Shown: positions 36,565-39,841 of the stretch, piece by piece
Position numbering within the stretch: position 1 is the stretch's first letter
Layout: each line of letters opens with the position of its first letter
NCBI GenBank assembly: GCA_047625765.1
Contig: JBLHRE010000002.1
Coordinates: 1 to 39,841 of the forward strand
Direction: 5' to 3'
Source of the DNA: Flavobacteriales bacterium
Lineage (GTDB): Bacteria > Bacteroidota > Bacteroidia > Flavobacteriales > JBLHRE01
DNA length: 39,841 nt
The notes under the pieces: model-generated
What the model was told of the DNA's origin: nothing
Database searches by the model: none
Seen by the model: only the letters and a program-made list of their open reading frames with translations
Translations under genes and position numbers: made by a program

Positions 36565-37347
36565 TTATGCTCCAGGGAAACTGGGTCTACGCTTTTCTAA
36601 AAATGCCGTAGTACCTTCTTTAAAATCTGCTGTTGCAAAACATCTACCAAAAGCATCAATTTCTGCTTGGTAACCGTCTGTTCCGTCTGCATCGTAAGCG
36701 TTGATAGCTCCAATTGCTTCTGCAATAGCCATAGAAGAGTTGCGCATTATCTTGCCTGCCAATTTCTGTGTAGCAGCAAGTAATTCTTCTTGAGGGTAAA
36801 CGGCATTTACCAAACCTAAACTTAAAGCTTCGTCTGCAGTCAACATTCCAGCTGTCATAATAAGCTCCATTGCTTTTCCTTTACCAACAAGTGCAGTAAG
36901 CCTTTGTGTGCCTCCATATCCAGGAATCACCCCCAAAGAAGTTTCTGGCAATCCCATTTTTGCATTGTCAGAAGCCAAACGAATGTGACAAGACATTGCC
37001 AATTCCAAACCTCCACCCAGAGCAAAGCCATTAACAGCCGCAATTACTGGAGTTTTCAAATTCTCTATCAAATCAAACAATGCTTTTTGCCCATCAGCAG
37101 CAAGAGCCTTCCCTTGGTTTTCATCGAAATGTGCAAATTCAGAAATGTCTGCACCAGCAACAAAAGATTTTGTTCCGGAACCCGTTAAAATAACAGCTTT
37201 TACAGCCTTATCTGCCTCAGCAGCTTTAAAGGCATTGCTCAATTCACCAATGGTTTCCTTGTTTAATGCGTTTAATTTTTCTGGTCTGTTAATGGTTAAA
37301 ACCATTAGCCCTTCCTGGGTTTCTTGAAGTATATTTTTATAACTCAT
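36565..37347 (-). CDS. enoyl-CoA hydratase/isomerase (crotonase) family protein
   Basis: LTINRPEKLNAL, FVAGADI, GFALGGGLELAMSCHIR and FLEKRRP. Confidence 0.9.
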   Translation of the reverse strand: MSYKNILQETQEGLMVLTINRPEKLNALNKETIGELSNAFKAAEADKAVKAVILTGSGTKSFVAGADISEFAHFDENQGKALAADGQKALFDLIENLKTPVIAAVNGFALGGGLELAMSCHIRLASDNAKMGLPETSLGVIPGYGGTQRLTALVGKGKAMELIMTAGMLTADEALSLGLVNAVYPQEELLAATQKLAGKIMRNSSMAIAEAIGAINAYDADGTDGYQAEIDAFGRCFATADFKEGTTAFLEKRRPSFPGA

Positions 37348-37383
37348 CGGTGTAATTGTAATCTCGTTTAAGCAAATTTAAAT

Positions 37384-38832
37384 TTAATCATCAGCAAGAG
37401 GAAGGCTTACAAAGAATGTTGTCCCCATTCTATTGTTAGTTTCGAACCAAATGGTTCCTTTATGTCCTTCGACAATCTTTTTTACCATGGCTAAGCCAAG
37501 TCCCATTCCGCTTGTTTTGGTTGTAAAACTCGGCTCAAATACTCTTGACTTGTCTTCAATGTTTATTCCAGAACCATTATCATCGATACTTAGTATTATT
37601 TGATCTTTGTGTTGATTCAGTTTTACTTCGATTAGAGGGTTTGTATCTTCTTTAATAGATTGTATAGCGTTATGTATTAGGTTGTTAATTAGCCGAGTAA
37701 ACTGGTCTGGATCAATCATCCCAAAACAATTTTCTCCGGAACTGATATAAGTAAGGTCTTTGTCCGAAAACAATTGGAGCACTGCTGGAATCAACCTTTC
37801 AAGATCAATTTTCTTTAATTTTACTGTAGGGAAATTGGCAAAGCTAGAGAATGCCGAAGCAATGTTAGTAAGTGTATCGATTTGTTGTACCGTTCCGGAA
37901 CAGAACTCTTTTAGTTTTTGTTTGAAATTGGGGTCATTAGGATCGAGGCTCCGCTCCAACATTTGCACATTAAGTTTTAATGGAGTCAAGGGGTTTTTTA
38001 TTTCATGTGCCACTTGTTTAGCCATTTCTTTCCAAGCAGATTGACGTTCGCTCATGGCTAGTTTTTCGGCACTATCCTCTAGCTCCACCAATTTCTTGTT
38101 GTATTCTTGCACCAATTGCCCAATTTCATCTCCAGTATTCCATACTAGGGCTTGATTTTTTTGATTGATTTGAATACGACTAATCTTTGATCCAATTTCT
38201 TTAAGAGATTTGGTAATGTAACGCGAAAGCAACCAGCCTACTCCAATGGCAAGAACAAAAAGGATAAGATATATCTCCGCTAAGGCTTCCAGAAAATCGA
38301 AGACTTCAATACGTTGCTTGTCTCGGGTTGCAAAATAAGGGAGGTTCAATATGGCAATGGATTCCCCCTTTTCGTTTCTGATAAACTCAAAGGTATTTAA
38401 GAAATCAACACCTTCCTTTACAATATCAGTAGTTACGGCTCCTTTGGCTAAAAGTTGTGCAAGTATGTTCGAGTCTAATTGTTCGTTTACAAAGTCAGTT
38501 TCAAACAAATCGGGATTCGAATTGATAAGAATATCACCTAGGAGGCTGTAAATGTTAATGTCTAGATTGTTGATGTCAGCCAGTTCGCATATTTTATTGT
38601 CAAACACCTTAACCAGAGAGTCTGGTTTATTTTGGTGGTTTACCGAGGAAAGAAAATAGTCTATAGCCAATACTACGGCTGCTTGTTTTCTTTCTAGTCG
38701 ATCTAGGTGATATTGCTCGTTCTGATTTTTAAAGAAAATTAAAGTAACCGTTCCAATAGCAATAAAGGAAAGCACTACCACTGCGCCAATGGCAATGTAA
38801 ATTCGTTTTCTAAGAGAGGGTTGGTATTTCAT
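37384..38832 (-). CDS. sensor histidine kinase (2-TM, HAMP, HisKA, HATPase_c)
   Basis: H-box AHEIKNPLTP, N-box LIHNAIQS, G-boxes DDNGSGI and GMGLGLAMV. No response regulator gene is adjacent. Confidence 0.9.
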   Translation of the reverse strand: MKYQPSLRKRIYIAIGAVVVLSFIAIGTVTLIFFKNQNEQYHLDRLERKQAAVVLAIDYFLSSVNHQNKPDSLVKVFDNKICELADINNLDINIYSLLGDILINSNPDLFETDFVNEQLDSNILAQLLAKGAVTTDIVKEGVDFLNTFEFIRNEKGESIAILNLPYFATRDKQRIEVFDFLEALAEIYLILFVLAIGVGWLLSRYITKSLKEIGSKISRIQINQKNQALVWNTGDEIGQLVQEYNKKLVELEDSAEKLAMSERQSAWKEMAKQVAHEIKNPLTPLKLNVQMLERSLDPNDPNFKQKLKEFCSGTVQQIDTLTNIASAFSSFANFPTVKLKKIDLERLIPAVLQLFSDKDLTYISSGENCFGMIDPDQFTRLINNLIHNAIQSIKEDTNPLIEVKLNQHKDQIILSIDDNGSGINIEDKSRVFEPSFTTKTSGMGLGLAMVKKIVEGHKGTIWFETNNRMGTTFFVSLPLADD

Positions 38833-38834
38833 GT

Positions 38835-39557
38835 TTGCTTTCCTATGCCGAAATTAACGAAATTGCCGACAATCTATTACTTATGAACTGGAAGGAATAC
38901 TGGAACAATAAAGCAAGTGCAAAATCTAGCTTGGCAAGGGTTGGCCGAGAAGATAATGCAGCACTTTTTGAACTCACTTTAAAGCATTTAGATGCATTGG
39001 TTCGTCCTACTAAGCAAATGATTCTCTTAGATTTGTGTTGTGGCAACGGTCTAGTCAGTCAGTTTTTTGGACCTAAAGTAAATCGCTTAGTTGGGGTAGA
39101 CCTTTCTCCTGTATTATTATCAGAAGCCAAAGAACTTAATCTAAACTTTAGCAACAGTTCTTTTATTTGTGCCGATGCATGTGCGTTTAGTGAAAAACTA
39201 AACCAGCAATTTGATGTGGTTTTATTGCATTTTTCTTTCCAATACTTCGAAACCAATGCCATAGCCTCTTCTGTTTTAGCAGAGATAAAAAAAGCGTTAA
39301 ATGGGGATGGTAAGGTTGTAATTACAGACATTCCTGATGCTCGAAAATTGCAAGTGTTTTATCCTGGTCTTTTGGGCAGGTTAAGAAGAATTAAACAAAA
39401 AACAACCAAAACCAGTGAAATGGGTAGGTTTTGGCATCCAAAAACCCTTCAGAAAATTGCTGTAGAAAATGGTTTTGCAGCAGAAATTCTGGAACAAGAC
39501 GCAAAGCTGCCTTACAGCCATTACCGCTTTGATGTTATTCTTAAAAGGAAAGATTAA
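38835..39557 (+). CDS. class I SAM-dependent methyltransferase
   Basis: Motif I is LLDLCCGNGL. The start is uncertain: TTG at 38835, or ATG at 38883 (MNWKEYW). Confidence 0.75.
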   Translation: MLSYAEINEIADNLLLMNWKEYWNNKASAKSSLARVGREDNAALFELTLKHLDALVRPTKQMILLDLCCGNGLVSQFFGPKVNRLVGVDLSPVLLSEAKELNLNFSNSSFICADACAFSEKLNQQFDVVLLHFSFQYFETNAIASSVLAEIKKALNGDGKVVITDIPDARKLQVFYPGLLGRLRRIKQKTTKTSEMGRFWHPKTLQKIAVENGFAAEILEQDAKLPYSHYRFDVILKRKD

Positions 39558-39841
39558 GCCCAGCCAAAACGCTTGGTAAGAATTTATTTGCAGCTCTCGA
39601 ACGTCCATTGTTGATATAGGGGTCAGAAATGATGACTCTCATTTTGGTGATGTCCATGCCCATAAAAAAAGCACCGCTTAAATATTCATCCATCTGCTTC
39701 CTCCTTCCCGTTCGAAATCCTAAATAGGGACTTATTCCAGCACCAGGTGTAATAATTCCAACTCTCAAACTCTGAAATAACTTTGGGTTATGTTTGTTTC
39801 GATAATTGCTCAATTCCAAAAAGACAGGTACAAGGCCTCCT
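39541..39841 (-). CDS. C-terminal part of an unknown protein (possibly outer-membrane; ends in Phe), 5' end beyond window
   Basis: The frame is open to the window edge (…GGLVPVFLELSNYRNK…LAGLNLSF*). 17-nt convergent overlap with the methyltransferase gene. Confidence 0.4.
   Translation of the reverse strand, partial: GGLVPVFLELSNYRNKHNPKLFQSLRVGIITPGAGISPYLGFRTGRRKQMDEYLSGAFFMGMDITKMRVIISDPYINNGRSRAANKFLPSVLAGLNLSF

Noticed and set aside
1-39841. Scan for CRISPR arrays, rRNA genes, integrases, transposases or phage structural genes
   Set aside because: I found no regularly spaced short repeats, no rRNA-like sequence, and no ORF with recombinase (R..H..R..Y) or DDE-type features. The accessory patch therefore cannot be called an intact mobile element.

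Overview
This window looks like a chromosomal segment of an AT-rich Bacteroidota (Flavobacteriia-like) genome. The lineage call rests on a beta-propeller protein with a T9SS-type C-terminal sorting domain, several TAnnTTTG -7 promoter boxes, and DUF4175/DUF4292-type conserved genes. Most of the window is densely packed housekeeping and cell-envelope genes: comF, rpiB, gltX, folB, ybeY, mnmG, recO, gatA, tatA, dut, a lytic transglycosylase, an EnvC-like factor, a flippase and a histidine kinase. Two regions depart from this. (1) About 4.0-6.0 kb holds decaying genes: a multiply disrupted geranylgeranyl-reductase-family pseudogene and a possible DUF1573-like remnant. (2) About 10.9-14.7 kb is a visibly AT-richer accessory patch lying directly 3' of a tRNA-Cys gene. 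It carries an orphan ACR3 arsenite-efflux gene bracketed by ~340-bp diverged direct repeats that duplicate the 3' end of the neighbouring MORN-repeat gene plus a small membrane ORF. Next to it is a translationally coupled two-gene operon (13108-14455). That operon encodes a 2-TM protein ending in a minimal Pol-beta-type nucleotidyltransferase motif and a 125-aa protein I cannot assign. It is flanked by a perfect 10-bp inverted repeat and is my best candidate for an undescribed defence or toxin-antitoxin-like system. Other oddities are a GTTTCACGTGAAAC palindrome placed immediately after the stop codons on both sides of mnmG, and a 517-bp AT-rich divergent intergenic region with several DnaA-box-like 9-mers. 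I saw no CRISPR array, rRNA gene, integrase or transposase. All family assignments come from motif recognition by eye and need profile searches.
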